Virus record (IMG/VR): IMGVR_UViG_3300044624_002142 | Location: 1 to 64,000 of that record | Direction: 5' to 3' (one strand) | DNA: 64,000 bases | Source of the DNA: a virus | Shown here: one piece after another, positions 29,696 through 39,719 of the stretch | How the letters are laid out: every line of letters starts with the position of its first letter | Numbering within the stretch: position 1 is the stretch's first letter | The notes under the pieces: generated by a model | What the model saw: only the letters and a program-made list of their open reading frames with translations | Told to the model about the DNA's origin: nothing | Databases searched by the model: none | Position numbers and translations under genes: made by a program

Positions 29696-32521
29696 ATGGC
29701 AGATGATACTGTAGATCAAGCACGAAAGATTCAGGACCAGTTGAACGAAAGTTTTCGACGTGGTGCTAAAACCGCGCAAATGACTTCTGATCAAGTTAAA
29801 ATTCTTAATAATGCTTACGATCATCTTGCGGCTGCTGCAAAGATGGCATCAAAACAAGCCAGAGAATTATACAAAGATATTGATATAGTAACTACAGCTT
29901 TTTATAATCCGGCGGAAACGTTCTCAGGATTTTTGCAAAATGGCGTAAATTCGGGTGAAGATTTGTTAAAAACGTTCAGTGCAATTGCAGGATTAATGTT
30001 TGATGAACCACTTAAGAAAGTCAACGACGAATTAAACAAAGAAAAAGCAATATTGGCGGATTTGGAGAAGGCAAGACAAAAGGATATTGCAATCGGAGAA
30101 GATTCTGTAAAGAATTTGGAAGAGAAGTTAAAGAAAGAAAAAGATTTTTGTGATAAGGTAACAAAGTGTGATGATAGTAAAATAAAATCACTTGAAGACC
30201 AAATTAAGAAAGAGGGTGAAAAAGTTACTAAACAAAAAGAAGGCGGGTCATTAGATGATGAAGCAATAAAAGATCAAAAGAAGAAAATTGAAAAGGCCGA
30301 AGAATATCTTAAAAAACAACAAGCAATTGCAGGTGTTATTAAAGAATTTATTGCAGCATTTGGTGACGCTTTTGATCGTTTTGTTGAGTTGGATAAAGCA
30401 GCGGCTGATTTTCGTAAAGAACTTGGATTGGGAAGAGATATTGCAAGAGGATTGGAACAAACTGCACTTCAATTAAATCAACAATTTGTAAGTTTAGGCG
30501 TAACCATTGAAGGTGCATACGCTTCTTTAAAAGCAATTGGTAAAGAATTTGGAACCGCTTTATTGATTAATAAAGAACTTGCACAAACCACTGCTCTTTT
30601 GGCTGCAAATTATGGTGTATCTGAAGGTAACGCTGCTGGATTCTTACAAAAGATGTCATCTATTGGAGGAATGACAGATAAACAAGCCAGTGCAATGGCT
30701 GGGTTTACTGCTAACCTTGCAAATGCAGCAGGAGTTAATTTGGATGAAGTGATGAGAGATGTGGCAAACGCATCTGACGATACGGTTACCTTGATGAGAG
30801 GCAATGTCAAACAAATGACCATGGCCGCAATTCAAGCAAAACAAATGGGTGTAAGTCTTGATAAGTCTGCAAGTTCTGCAAAAGGACTATTGAACTTTAC
30901 TCAGAGTGTATCTGATGAAATGGAAGCTAGTGTATTATTGGGTAAGAACTTGAATCTCAATGCAGCACGTCAACTATCATTCCAAGGAGACGTAGCTGGT
31001 GCACAAAAAGAAATATTGAATCAAGTGCGTTCGATGGGAGATTTCAATAAGATGAATGTCTTCCAACAAGAAGCACTTGCTAAGGCAACTGGATATAGTG
31101 CAGTTGAGTTGACCAAGATGTTGAAGAACGAAGAGAAACTTGCACAGTTGTCTGACAAGGAAAAGGCTTCATATGAAAAAGCACTTGAAGCAATGAAAGA
31201 ACAGAATGAAGAAACAGGAAAAGACCTGTTGATGAAGACTCAAATGCAAAGTGCTATGGCACAATTGAGTAATACGTTCAAATCTTTCAAACAGATACTT
31301 GCTGATATTTTGACACCGGTTGTAAATGTTGCTGTCAAGTTATTGATTCCAGCATTGAAAATCGCTTTGGTGGTTTTCAACTTATTGTTAGTACCAATAA
31401 AGGTTCTTGCTAATGCATTGTATAAAATGTGGGAACCAATTGAACCGTTGGTTCAATCATTTAGTGACTCGTTAGATGGTGCAAATAAATTTATCGAGGA
31501 AATTGTACAAAAGGGAATTGATTTTGGGGTAGTGTTCTTAAAAATTAATTCTGCGATAATGTTGTTTGGTGCTATGTTCAAAACATTTCTAAATCCAATT
31601 GAGTTGGTATTTAAAGGAATTGGTAGAATATTTTCAATGATTAATTCGGGAGCAAGTCGCTTATTAAGTCCGATAAGTGGAATAATTAGTGCGTTTGGAA
31701 GTGCAGGTGGAGTGGTTGGAAAGTTTGCATCCGGATTTGGAAATGTTGGTCGTATCGTTGGTCTTTTGGGAACTGCTGGAAAAGCTATACCGATTGTTGG
31801 AACGGTTATCACTGTACTACAAGCTGTTTGGGGATTATTTAGTCGTATCAGTAAAGGAATGGGAATATTCGATGCGTTGGGTGAAACACTATACGATGTC
31901 TTTGTTGGACCATTTGAGATGTTAGTAGAACTTTTAACTAAGATTCCGATTATCGGTGATTTATTTAAACCCTTACTTGCAGTATTTCCAATTATTAAAT
32001 CATCAATTAAAAGTTTATTTGGTATGTTTCCTTCTATGTTTGAAAACGTAGTTTCTATACTTAAATCATTTGGATCCGTGTTGTATAAAGTATTCATTCA
32101 ACCATGGGTCGATGCTTGGGATTTTATATCAAATTTGTTTGTTGGTAGAAGTAATTCCACACTGGGTAATGGAATTATCAAAGGATTGATTGGCGTTGGA
32201 ACTGCAATATTGAAAATCTTTACGTCTCCCTTTGAATTTATATTTCAAATGATTATGACAGGATTTACGTCAATCGCAACGTTCGTACAAAACGTATTGA
32301 GTGTGCCATTCAAGATTGTAGGCAAACTAATAGGAGTTGATACTGGAGGAATCGGTGGGGGTGTTGAAGCGGGTAACACGTCACAATCTGATACGATTGC
32401 TGCAATAGAACAAACCAATCAAAAACTTGATACTCTTATCAGTTTAATGATGAACGGTGGTATTGCTGTAAATCTTGATGGTAGAAAAGTAAGTGAACAA
32501 CTTGCTATTGCAAGTTCATAA
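29696..32521 (+). CDS. Tail tape measure protein
   Basis: 941 aa, helical and Ala/Leu-rich, with EMEASVLLGKNLNLNAAR, a hydrophobic Gly-rich C-half and terminal VNLDGRKV. Position fits. TATTTATA lies at 29671-29678. Confidence 0.88.
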   Translation: MADDTVDQARKIQDQLNESFRRGAKTAQMTSDQVKILNNAYDHLAAAAKMASKQARELYKDIDIVTTAFYNPAETFSGFLQNGVNSGEDLLKTFSAIAGLMFDEPLKKVNDELNKEKAILADLEKARQKDIAIGEDSVKNLEEKLKKEKDFCDKVTKCDDSKIKSLEDQIKKEGEKVTKQKEGGSLDDEAIKDQKKKIEKAEEYLKKQQAIAGVIKEFIAAFGDAFDRFVELDKAAADFRKELGLGRDIARGLEQTALQLNQQFVSLGVTIEGAYASLKAIGKEFGTALLINKELAQTTALLAANYGVSEGNAAGFLQKMSSIGGMTDKQASAMAGFTANLANAAGVNLDEVMRDVANASDDTVTLMRGNVKQMTMAAIQAKQMGVSLDKSASSAKGLLNFTQSVSDEMEASVLLGKNLNLNAARQLSFQGDVAGAQKEILNQVRSMGDFNKMNVFQQEALAKATGYSAVELTKMLKNEEKLAQLSDKEKASYEKALEAMKEQNEETGKDLLMKTQMQSAMAQLSNTFKSFKQILADILTPVVNVAVKLLIPALKIALVVFNLLLVPIKVLANALYKMWEPIEPLVQSFSDSLDGANKFIEEIVQKGIDFGVVFLKINSAIMLFGAMFKTFLNPIELVFKGIGRIFSMINSGASRLLSPISGIISAFGSAGGVVGKFASGFGNVGRIVGLLGTAGKAIPIVGTVITVLQAVWGLFSRISKGMGIFDALGETLYDVFVGPFEMLVELLTKIPIIGDLFKPLLAVFPIIKSSIKSLFGMFPSMFENVVSILKSFGSVLYKVFIQPWVDAWDFISNLFVGRSNSTLGNGIIKGLIGVGTAILKIFTSPFEFIFQMIMTGFTSIATFVQNVLSVPFKIVGKLIGVDTGGIGGGVEAGNTSQSDTIAAIEQTNQKLDTLISLMMNGGIAVNLDGRKVSEQLAIASS

Positions 32522-32530
32522 TTATAGAAT

Positions 32531-35155
32531 ATGGCTGATCAAATTCAAAGAAACTCAATTGCGTTTCCACTAGAAACTCGTTATAACAACGCATCTAGTT
32601 CACCAACGCCTGGTAGTGAACCAAGAGATAGTCGTAGAATGGTACCACCAATTAATACGATACCTAAAGATTATCCACTTGGTGCTGCTCCCGGTAAAAT
32701 TGAGAAACTGTATATTGCTAACAATAAACAAATTTTAACAAGATTCAGTGCAAAAACTGATTATGCTAATAGTTTGTTGAAGTTCGGTCCACGTCAACCC
32801 TTTCTTTGGTATAACCCAAATGAAGGTAATGGTGGAACCAATGCAATTAAGAAATATGACAGTCGTGCATTTCCAATTGGATCTACATTACAAGATGTGG
32901 TTCGTATCTCCAAATATACTGTATCTGGAAATGGTGTCACGTTTTTATTGAAACAAGCACTAATTCAAAATTTACAACCATTCAATGAAACGGCGTTATA
33001 CAATCCAGCCGTGCCTATTGTCGCTGCATTACGGCCAGGATCGCTTGGGTTACTTCCAAGACCAACAAGACACATTGATTTGAGTGGCGGTATTTTAGGT
33101 GCATTAGCAAGTGTTGTAGGCTTTAGTGTAAATAACGGTACATCGTCACCAAAGGGTACTGTAGGAAGCGGAAAGCCAGATGAATCTGATAACTCTCCTT
33201 TATCAAAACAATCAATCGGCGGTGGCAAAGGTCTTTTGAGAGCAAAAACCGCATCATCTGGATATAATTCTTTAGCTTCACGTTGGGGAGGTAATGCAAA
33301 TAAGAACAGTTTTCTAAAATCCATAGTTTCATCTGTATTTCCTTCATTAATTAAAACAAATCAACCGTCAAAAACAGGATATAGAGCGGATGAAGGTGCA
33401 TATGGAATGATGATTTCGGATATCAAAGGTAAGTTTACCAAACGAAATGTCATTACCAATGTAGAAATACCATTAAACCAATTATGGATCGCTGGAAGCA
33501 GCGATGGTGGAGAAAAGAATATTAGAAAAAATGGCAATGAAGTGCCACAAAATCGTAAAATTGTGTTTGTGGACGGTACAGAACAAAAAATTTCAGGTAC
33601 CGACATAAGTGGTCCAACAATAAACGGTGGAACGACTGGATTTAAGTTTGAAAAAGATGTAGATAATGTTGAAAAATACGGAAAATCAGTTGGTATAGAG
33701 CCATATCGTAAAGACAGTTCAAATAATTTCAAGTTTTCTGTGATGTTGATGAACTATAAAAAGTTTATCGACAAGACAAACCGTTTTCCAACCAAAATGG
33801 ATGGTCCTCCGTTGGACTTAACCAATGCGGATGAACCAACTATCATACTATCACAGAAAAATTTCTTCAAAAAATACGGATTCGACACGATTCCTCAGGT
33901 TTTTGTCATCAAAACGATGCCAAATATACCAACACGTCAAGGAAGTGGTGACGAAAATCGATCAGCATACTTAGTTGATGGAACATATTCGAAAAATCGT
34001 AAAGATGCTGGTGGAAATGGTAATCTTTCCGAGTTTTTGAAGAACATGGAGGACAATAAACTTCAAAATGTACCTTCCGAAGTCACTGATTTGCCAGATC
34101 GAATCAATGCAACGCTTCAAACCAAGAAAGAAGATCCAATTAATGCAAAACGTGTTGATAATCTTAAAGAATTGGTCACAAAAATCAAAAACGCGGGATA
34201 TTCGGTGTCATTTTCAAATGTTGATACTAGAGTTATGTCTAGCCCCGACTCGACTGTATATGGTATAGAGAAGTTAAAACAAACAAACATCACCGATAAA
34301 AAATATTCAGACAATTATAAAGAAAGTACCCAATTATTAGACGGTCTTAATAATTCACGTAAGAACAGTCGTAAAATGTCTGGGACTTACAAAGGTGATG
34401 ATCTCAATAAGTTGACTATTTTGGATAAACAACGTAGGATTATTGATGAAACAGATATATCTGGGTGGAATGTATACGAACCATATAATGATGATTTGAT
34501 TGCTTTCTACTTTTATGACATGGTAAATGAAAAACATATACCATTTCGAGCAAGTGTAACCGGAATCAATGATAGTTTTCAAGCAGACTGGGCAAATTAC
34601 AAATATATTGGTCGTGCTGACAAACTATATGTGTACGATGGTGTTACTCGTCAATTAAGTTTTAGTTTCAAGGTAATTGCTAATAGCATTAAAGAATTGC
34701 TTCCAATGTGGAAACGTATTAATTATTTGTGTGGATTAACATTACCTGCTAATTACACATCTGCACCAAGTCAACAAGATGGCAGTGAGAATCAGTTTAT
34801 GATTCCATCATTTGTTTTGTTGACGTTAGGTGATATGTATAAAGAACAACCCATTATAATTAATCGTGTAGGACTTACCATACCAGAAGGTGCGTCGTGG
34901 GAAACTGTGAGTGAAAACTCGGAACAAGATTGGTCATATTTGAATAACATTATTACATGGACTGGTTCAAAAGGAAAAGTTGCTCAATTTCCAAGAGAAG
35001 TTGAAATATCAGTTGATTTGACACCATTGTTCAAAGAACGACCTGTCACTGGAATGGCAAACTTTGGACATGCTCCAAGAGATCTTAAGAACATTGGATT
35101 GGTTGGAGGATTTAATAATGAGTTTTCAGAAGCCTTAACGGTTAATCGTGTATAA
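32531..35155 (+). CDS. Baseplate / tail-tube initiator-like protein
   Basis: C-terminal tube-fold-like region IPFRA..TGINDSF.ADW..YKYIGRADKLYVY.G.TR.LSFSF...LTLGDMY; follows the tape measure gene. Confidence 0.65.
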   Translation: MADQIQRNSIAFPLETRYNNASSSPTPGSEPRDSRRMVPPINTIPKDYPLGAAPGKIEKLYIANNKQILTRFSAKTDYANSLLKFGPRQPFLWYNPNEGNGGTNAIKKYDSRAFPIGSTLQDVVRISKYTVSGNGVTFLLKQALIQNLQPFNETALYNPAVPIVAALRPGSLGLLPRPTRHIDLSGGILGALASVVGFSVNNGTSSPKGTVGSGKPDESDNSPLSKQSIGGGKGLLRAKTASSGYNSLASRWGGNANKNSFLKSIVSSVFPSLIKTNQPSKTGYRADEGAYGMMISDIKGKFTKRNVITNVEIPLNQLWIAGSSDGGEKNIRKNGNEVPQNRKIVFVDGTEQKISGTDISGPTINGGTTGFKFEKDVDNVEKYGKSVGIEPYRKDSSNNFKFSVMLMNYKKFIDKTNRFPTKMDGPPLDLTNADEPTIILSQKNFFKKYGFDTIPQVFVIKTMPNIPTRQGSGDENRSAYLVDGTYSKNRKDAGGNGNLSEFLKNMEDNKLQNVPSEVTDLPDRINATLQTKKEDPINAKRVDNLKELVTKIKNAGYSVSFSNVDTRVMSSPDSTVYGIEKLKQTNITDKKYSDNYKESTQLLDGLNNSRKNSRKMSGTYKGDDLNKLTILDKQRRIIDETDISGWNVYEPYNDDLIAFYFYDMVNEKHIPFRASVTGINDSFQADWANYKYIGRADKLYVYDGVTRQLSFSFKVIANSIKELLPMWKRINYLCGLTLPANYTSAPSQQDGSENQFMIPSFVLLTLGDMYKEQPIIINRVGLTIPEGASWETVSENSEQDWSYLNNIITWTGSKGKVAQFPREVEISVDLTPLFKERPVTGMANFGHAPRDLKNIGLVGGFNNEFSEALTVNRV

Positions 35156-35165
35156 TTATTGATAT

Positions 35166-35462
35166 ATGAGATATGACAAAAGTGTCAACATAAAGAAAAG
35201 ATGGGATGGTAAAAGATATTTTGGTACACGATTGTATCCAAATATTCCAGTCACTTCATCTGATATGTATGTTGTAACAAACGAAAGTGACACGTTGGAT
35301 AATTTAGCGTTCAAATATTATAAGAATCCTTCATTGTGGTGGATTATTGCTCAAGCAAATAATATTGGAAAAGGAAAATTGTCGGTGCCTGCTGGATTAC
35401 AACTACGTATACCTATAAACGTGACTACAATTTTAAATAATTATACCGTTCTTAATTCATAA
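35166..35462 (+). CDS. LysM-type baseplate wedge protein (gp53-like)
   Basis: DTLDNLAFKYY.NPSLWWIIAQANNI...G.QLRIP. Confidence 0.85.
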   Translation: MRYDKSVNIKKRWDGKRYFGTRLYPNIPVTSSDMYVVTNESDTLDNLAFKYYKNPSLWWIIAQANNIGKGKLSVPAGLQLRIPINVTTILNNYTVLNS

Positions 35463-35467
35463 CAGTT

Positions 35468-37921
35468 ATGTCTACTCGATTCGTAGCGCCATTTGAAATT
35501 CAACCGTTTCCAAAATACATTCGTGACGAACTAGAACGTCGTGAAAAAGATATTGGAATGAACTTTATTTCCAACACTATTGCTAGTTGGGATGATGACG
35601 GTAACTGGAATACATACAAAGGACCAATGCGTTGTTGGGTTCGTGTATGTTCCAATGGTATTGGTGAAGAAAAATATGGTTCCAAAGAAGGTTTTGTAAT
35701 GGGTGGTGCAAATGGTTTTTATAAAGACTACGGATTTGATCCAACAACTTACAACAAAACTGAAACTGTATTGGGATTTACTCCGTCTGGAGTTGAACAT
35801 AGTATTGTCGGTGAAAACAATCAAAATGGAATTATAAATAAACATGTTCCACCACCGGGTATTATCAGCATCGATGCTATAATGCAAAAGTCGATGTATC
35901 GTCAGATTACTATCAAGTGGAAGTGTTATTCTAAAGATCATTTGAATTACATGACGCCGTACTTTATGTCCCCTGGCGTTTCAATGTTTATTGAATGGGG
36001 TTGGAATCATTATAATCCCAAGTGTTTGTTAAACTTAACCGATATTGGTCAACCAGCAAAAATGAAGGAGTCTGTTGACGATAAAACACCCGGACCATCT
36101 GGAGATCCTGAAGATCCCAGAAAGACTAAAGGATTTGGTTTATTGGGAATTTACACCGATCCATTGGAACAACAATTGATTGTTGAAGACGGTAAAGGTC
36201 TGTATGATTTAACTTGTGGTATTATAAGTAATTTTGATTATTCTTTACAACCAGATGGTTCATACGACTGTACCACGGAGGTAAAGAGCAATAGCTTCAT
36301 ATATAGTGGCGTTCAAACTCGTAGTAACGCTATGGCATCAACGTCACCGGCTGATAGTAAAGGAAACAAAAAGCCAGAACCGGTTAAGACTCTCAAAGAA
36401 TACATCCAGAATGACTTTAAATCGTTACCAAAGACCGTATTAACCGGTTTGAATGGTAATACTCCACTATTCCCTATTACGGGATGGCCGGGACCAGAAA
36501 CCCGTGTATTTATTCCACGTAACTTGGATACTTCTAATGATCCACGTACAAAAATTGATAATGTAACAAAATACAGTTTTGACTCTGGTGCAAACGATGA
36601 GTTTTGGATTACTATGGGTTTATTTGTAGACTTGATTAACAAGTTCTGCACAGCAGAGTCACAGAAAACTGGCGCTACATTTAATCAAGTTGACATCAAA
36701 TCATCGTGGATTGGCGGACATAAAAATCTAATAAGTATTGATGGTAAGGTATTGTTGATACCAAATTCTCAGGCACCTAATATTTCACCATCTGTTGAAG
36801 ATCGTGGAAACTCAAAAAACTATACAACACCTGACACGCAAAAGGACGGTAAGGATCCATCTGCAATTAGCGAGGCGGATAAAACTCTACAGTCGATATT
36901 CAATAGTACAACAAGACAAGATCTCAATGAAATTGTTAACTATTTTAGAATAAAGAACGGTGGCAAAAATCCTGCTGATGTTGAATTTCCATCAAAACAA
37001 TATGATTATAATTTGGGCAAGTTGGAGAACTTGTATATTCATAAAGATGTCGTTATAAAAGCGGTTGAAAAATCAGAAACGATTACCGACATATTGAACT
37101 TCGTTCTGAATAAGATTTCCGAATCTGTCAACGGCCTTTGGAAGTTTAACCTTATTCAATTTGGACCTTCTAATTCTTTGTTATCCATTATTGATACCGA
37201 TTGTTTTAGTTTGAAACGTTTACAAGAATTGAATTCGGATAAGCGGCCGTATTTGTATTTCTTCAAAAATAGAGCCAGTAGAAACAATATTCAGGCATTG
37301 AATTTTAGTGTTAAATTAAGTGATAAGGTTGCTACTTCGGTCATGTTTAATTCACCAAATGATAATAAAACATCTGTTCCTTTGAAGAATCCGTTTAGAT
37401 TTGTAATAAGAGATAGATTCTATAAGACTATAAACGACGCATCGTATTTGTCTCCGAAAGATCAACAAACTTTAATTAAAGATAAACAAAATCTTGAATT
37501 GGAACGTAAACGGTTGGATGAAAAACGTCAAGATGCTATTAAAAAGGAACGTGATGTAAAGGATGGTGCGTACATTTATGGTGTTGTTACCCGTGAAAAT
37601 GGTGAAGAAAAGACTTATATTCGTAAGTTGGTACTGACTCAAAAAGACTTATTGACTTTATTGGTTAATGATAAAGATCCGTATAATGGTTCGATCAATT
37701 CGTTTCCACAACCGGGAATAAAAGCGGAAATTACGGTGACAGGAATTGGGGGACTAAAAACATTTCAAATTTTTGGAATTGACAATTTGCCAGAACCATA
37801 CGATAAAGACATATTGTTTCAGATAGAAGATGTAAAACATAGTTTACAAAGTAATGGTCAATGGACTACTACTATTACTGCTGGTATACGTCCTACAAAA
37901 GGATTAAACGTTAAATCATGA
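35468..37921 (+). CDS. Putative baseplate hub protein
   Basis: PPPGIISI...RQITIKWKC...PG.SMFIEWGW, with C-terminal EITVTGIGG...F.I....FQI..VKH.....WTTTI. Follows the LysM gene. Confidence 0.6.
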   Translation: MSTRFVAPFEIQPFPKYIRDELERREKDIGMNFISNTIASWDDDGNWNTYKGPMRCWVRVCSNGIGEEKYGSKEGFVMGGANGFYKDYGFDPTTYNKTETVLGFTPSGVEHSIVGENNQNGIINKHVPPPGIISIDAIMQKSMYRQITIKWKCYSKDHLNYMTPYFMSPGVSMFIEWGWNHYNPKCLLNLTDIGQPAKMKESVDDKTPGPSGDPEDPRKTKGFGLLGIYTDPLEQQLIVEDGKGLYDLTCGIISNFDYSLQPDGSYDCTTEVKSNSFIYSGVQTRSNAMASTSPADSKGNKKPEPVKTLKEYIQNDFKSLPKTVLTGLNGNTPLFPITGWPGPETRVFIPRNLDTSNDPRTKIDNVTKYSFDSGANDEFWITMGLFVDLINKFCTAESQKTGATFNQVDIKSSWIGGHKNLISIDGKVLLIPNSQAPNISPSVEDRGNSKNYTTPDTQKDGKDPSAISEADKTLQSIFNSTTRQDLNEIVNYFRIKNGGKNPADVEFPSKQYDYNLGKLENLYIHKDVVIKAVEKSETITDILNFVLNKISESVNGLWKFNLIQFGPSNSLLSIIDTDCFSLKRLQELNSDKRPYLYFFKNRASRNNIQALNFSVKLSDKVATSVMFNSPNDNKTSVPLKNPFRFVIRDRFYKTINDASYLSPKDQQTLIKDKQNLELERKRLDEKRQDAIKKERDVKDGAYIYGVVTRENGEEKTYIRKLVLTQKDLLTLLVNDKDPYNGSINSFPQPGIKAEITVTGIGGLKTFQIFGIDNLPEPYDKDILFQIEDVKHSLQSNGQWTTTITAGIRPTKGLNVKS

Positions 37922-38295
37922 TTGAACTAAGTAAATATATTAATTTGGCAGGCAACGTAATACCTCCAGTATTTCCACGTGCATATTTGTTTTCATCTTC
38001 TGACATTGATTATAGCATTCCATACACTCGTCGTTATTTTGTAAAAAAGGTCAACGATAACGATGTTATTGAGGTTGAGGGTGACAATTTTAAAAATGTA
38101 CCAGATAATATCTATCAAAAAGTGAGTATCAACTGGCAAGTTTCAGGAATTCAACGTAGTGTCATTAATGATGGCAAGGTGATACAAGAAGGCGCTTACG
38201 AGTATAATCGTAAACAAGTTAAGTTGGCAGAAAAATACATGCCGGGGTTAACAATGAGAATTAGTGAAAAATACTTGGCAGGATTTAAAAGTTGA
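37918..38295 (+). CDS. Hypothetical protein (probably tail module)
   Basis: ATGA-coupled to the upstream gene. Confidence 0.7.
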   Translation: MIELSKYINLAGNVIPPVFPRAYLFSSSDIDYSIPYTRRYFVKKVNDNDVIEVEGDNFKNVPDNIYQKVSINWQVSGIQRSVINDGKVIQEGAYEYNRKQVKLAEKYMPGLTMRISEKYLAGFKS

Positions 38296-38320
38296 CTTTT
38301 TGAAAAGATCACGATATGTT
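38292..38320 (+). promoter_or_regulatory. Sigma70-like promoter
   Basis: TTGACT-N17-TATGTT, 8 nt before GTG 38329. Confidence 0.65.
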
Positions 38321-38328
38321 ATTGTCAA

Positions 38329-39669
38329 GTGAACCAATTGACAAAAATTTCATCTGAAATAGGAAAAAAAGATATTATTATGGATGTTATTCCGTTATCG
38401 GAATCTACGCATCCTACGGTTACACAACCGTGTTTGGTTCTGATTAAGATAGTACTCACTGATCAATTTTACTGTCTTCATATCGACAGTTATGATGACT
38501 TTACATGTTACAAAAAAAGTGAAATTGAACAATTTTTGAATAAACGTCGTGGACGTATTTTTTGTTTTTCAAAACGAAAGGTTTTGCATCAACTAAACGT
38601 CAATAATCTTTTGGATTTATCTCTGGTTTGTTTTATTGAACAAGGTGACACTATTGAACAGGATGACTATGACACGTCATCACATTTGTTTTTTAAAAAC
38701 AAATATCAAAACCACAATGAGATAAATAAAATTATTCCAGCCAACAATCACATATCACGGTTTCTGGATATGTGTGAAGACGTTAAAGTTTATGTCAAAA
38801 AGAAATATGACGATTCATACCATGTTGTAAATAGTGCAATTATTGAAACTCTTCAATCAATTGAATCACACGGATTGCAAATTGATTCGGAACAATTTGA
38901 GAAACACTTTCCAGAAAGGAAACACTTGGTTATAAATAATAAAGTATATACCGAGTATAATATTTTTACATCAACTGGACGGCCAAGTAATCGATTTGGA
39001 GGTATCAACTATTCGGCACTCAATAAAGACAATGAATGTCGTAAAAGTTTTGTATCGCGACACGGCAATGATGGATTATTGGTGATGTTGGACTATAGTG
39101 CGTATCATCCACATATCATTGGAAAGTTGATTCGATACAATTTTCCGGAAGGAGTAAATATTTATCGTTATTTGGGTCAATATTATTTCAAAACTGAAGA
39201 TCTTTCCGAAGATCAGTTGAAGAAGTCGAAAACGTTAACGTTTCAACAATTATATGGGTCCATTTCAGAAGAATATGTTAAAATTCCTTATTTTGCGAAG
39301 ATTCGTGAATATATTCAACATCGATGGGAATTTTTTAATGAATTTGGGTACATTGAAACGCCAATTTTCAAGAGACCGATTACCAAGAATCACTTGAAAG
39401 ACGCAAATCCAAATAAATTGTTTAATTACATTCTACAAGCGTCTGAAACTGAGTTTTCAGTTCAAAGTTTGATGGATATCAATCGATATTTAACAGACAA
39501 ACTGACAAAACCGGTTCTGTATACGTATGATTCAATTTTGTTTGACGTAAATAAGTTTGAAGGAACAACGGTGTTGATGGAAATTACAAGATTAATGCAA
39601 AATCAAGGATTTCCCACCAAGTGTTATTTTGGACAGAATTATCATGACATGCAAACTGTAACTATTTAA
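38329..39669 (+). CDS. Abbreviated family A DNA polymerase-like protein
   Basis: TSTGRPSN, motif A LDYSAYHP, motif B KTLTFQQLYG, NYILQASET and motif C YTYDSILFD; only 446 aa. Confidence 0.82.
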   Translation: MNQLTKISSEIGKKDIIMDVIPLSESTHPTVTQPCLVLIKIVLTDQFYCLHIDSYDDFTCYKKSEIEQFLNKRRGRIFCFSKRKVLHQLNVNNLLDLSLVCFIEQGDTIEQDDYDTSSHLFFKNKYQNHNEINKIIPANNHISRFLDMCEDVKVYVKKKYDDSYHVVNSAIIETLQSIESHGLQIDSEQFEKHFPERKHLVINNKVYTEYNIFTSTGRPSNRFGGINYSALNKDNECRKSFVSRHGNDGLLVMLDYSAYHPHIIGKLIRYNFPEGVNIYRYLGQYYFKTEDLSEDQLKKSKTLTFQQLYGSISEEYVKIPYFAKIREYIQHRWEFFNEFGYIETPIFKRPITKNHLKDANPNKLFNYILQASETEFSVQSLMDINRYLTDKLTKPVLYTYDSILFDVNKFEGTTVLMEITRLMQNQGFPTKCYFGQNYHDMQTVTI

Positions 39670-39719
39670 AAAGTTCAGTTTTGGTAAGATACACAATATT
39701 TATTAGATATTGTGTCGTC

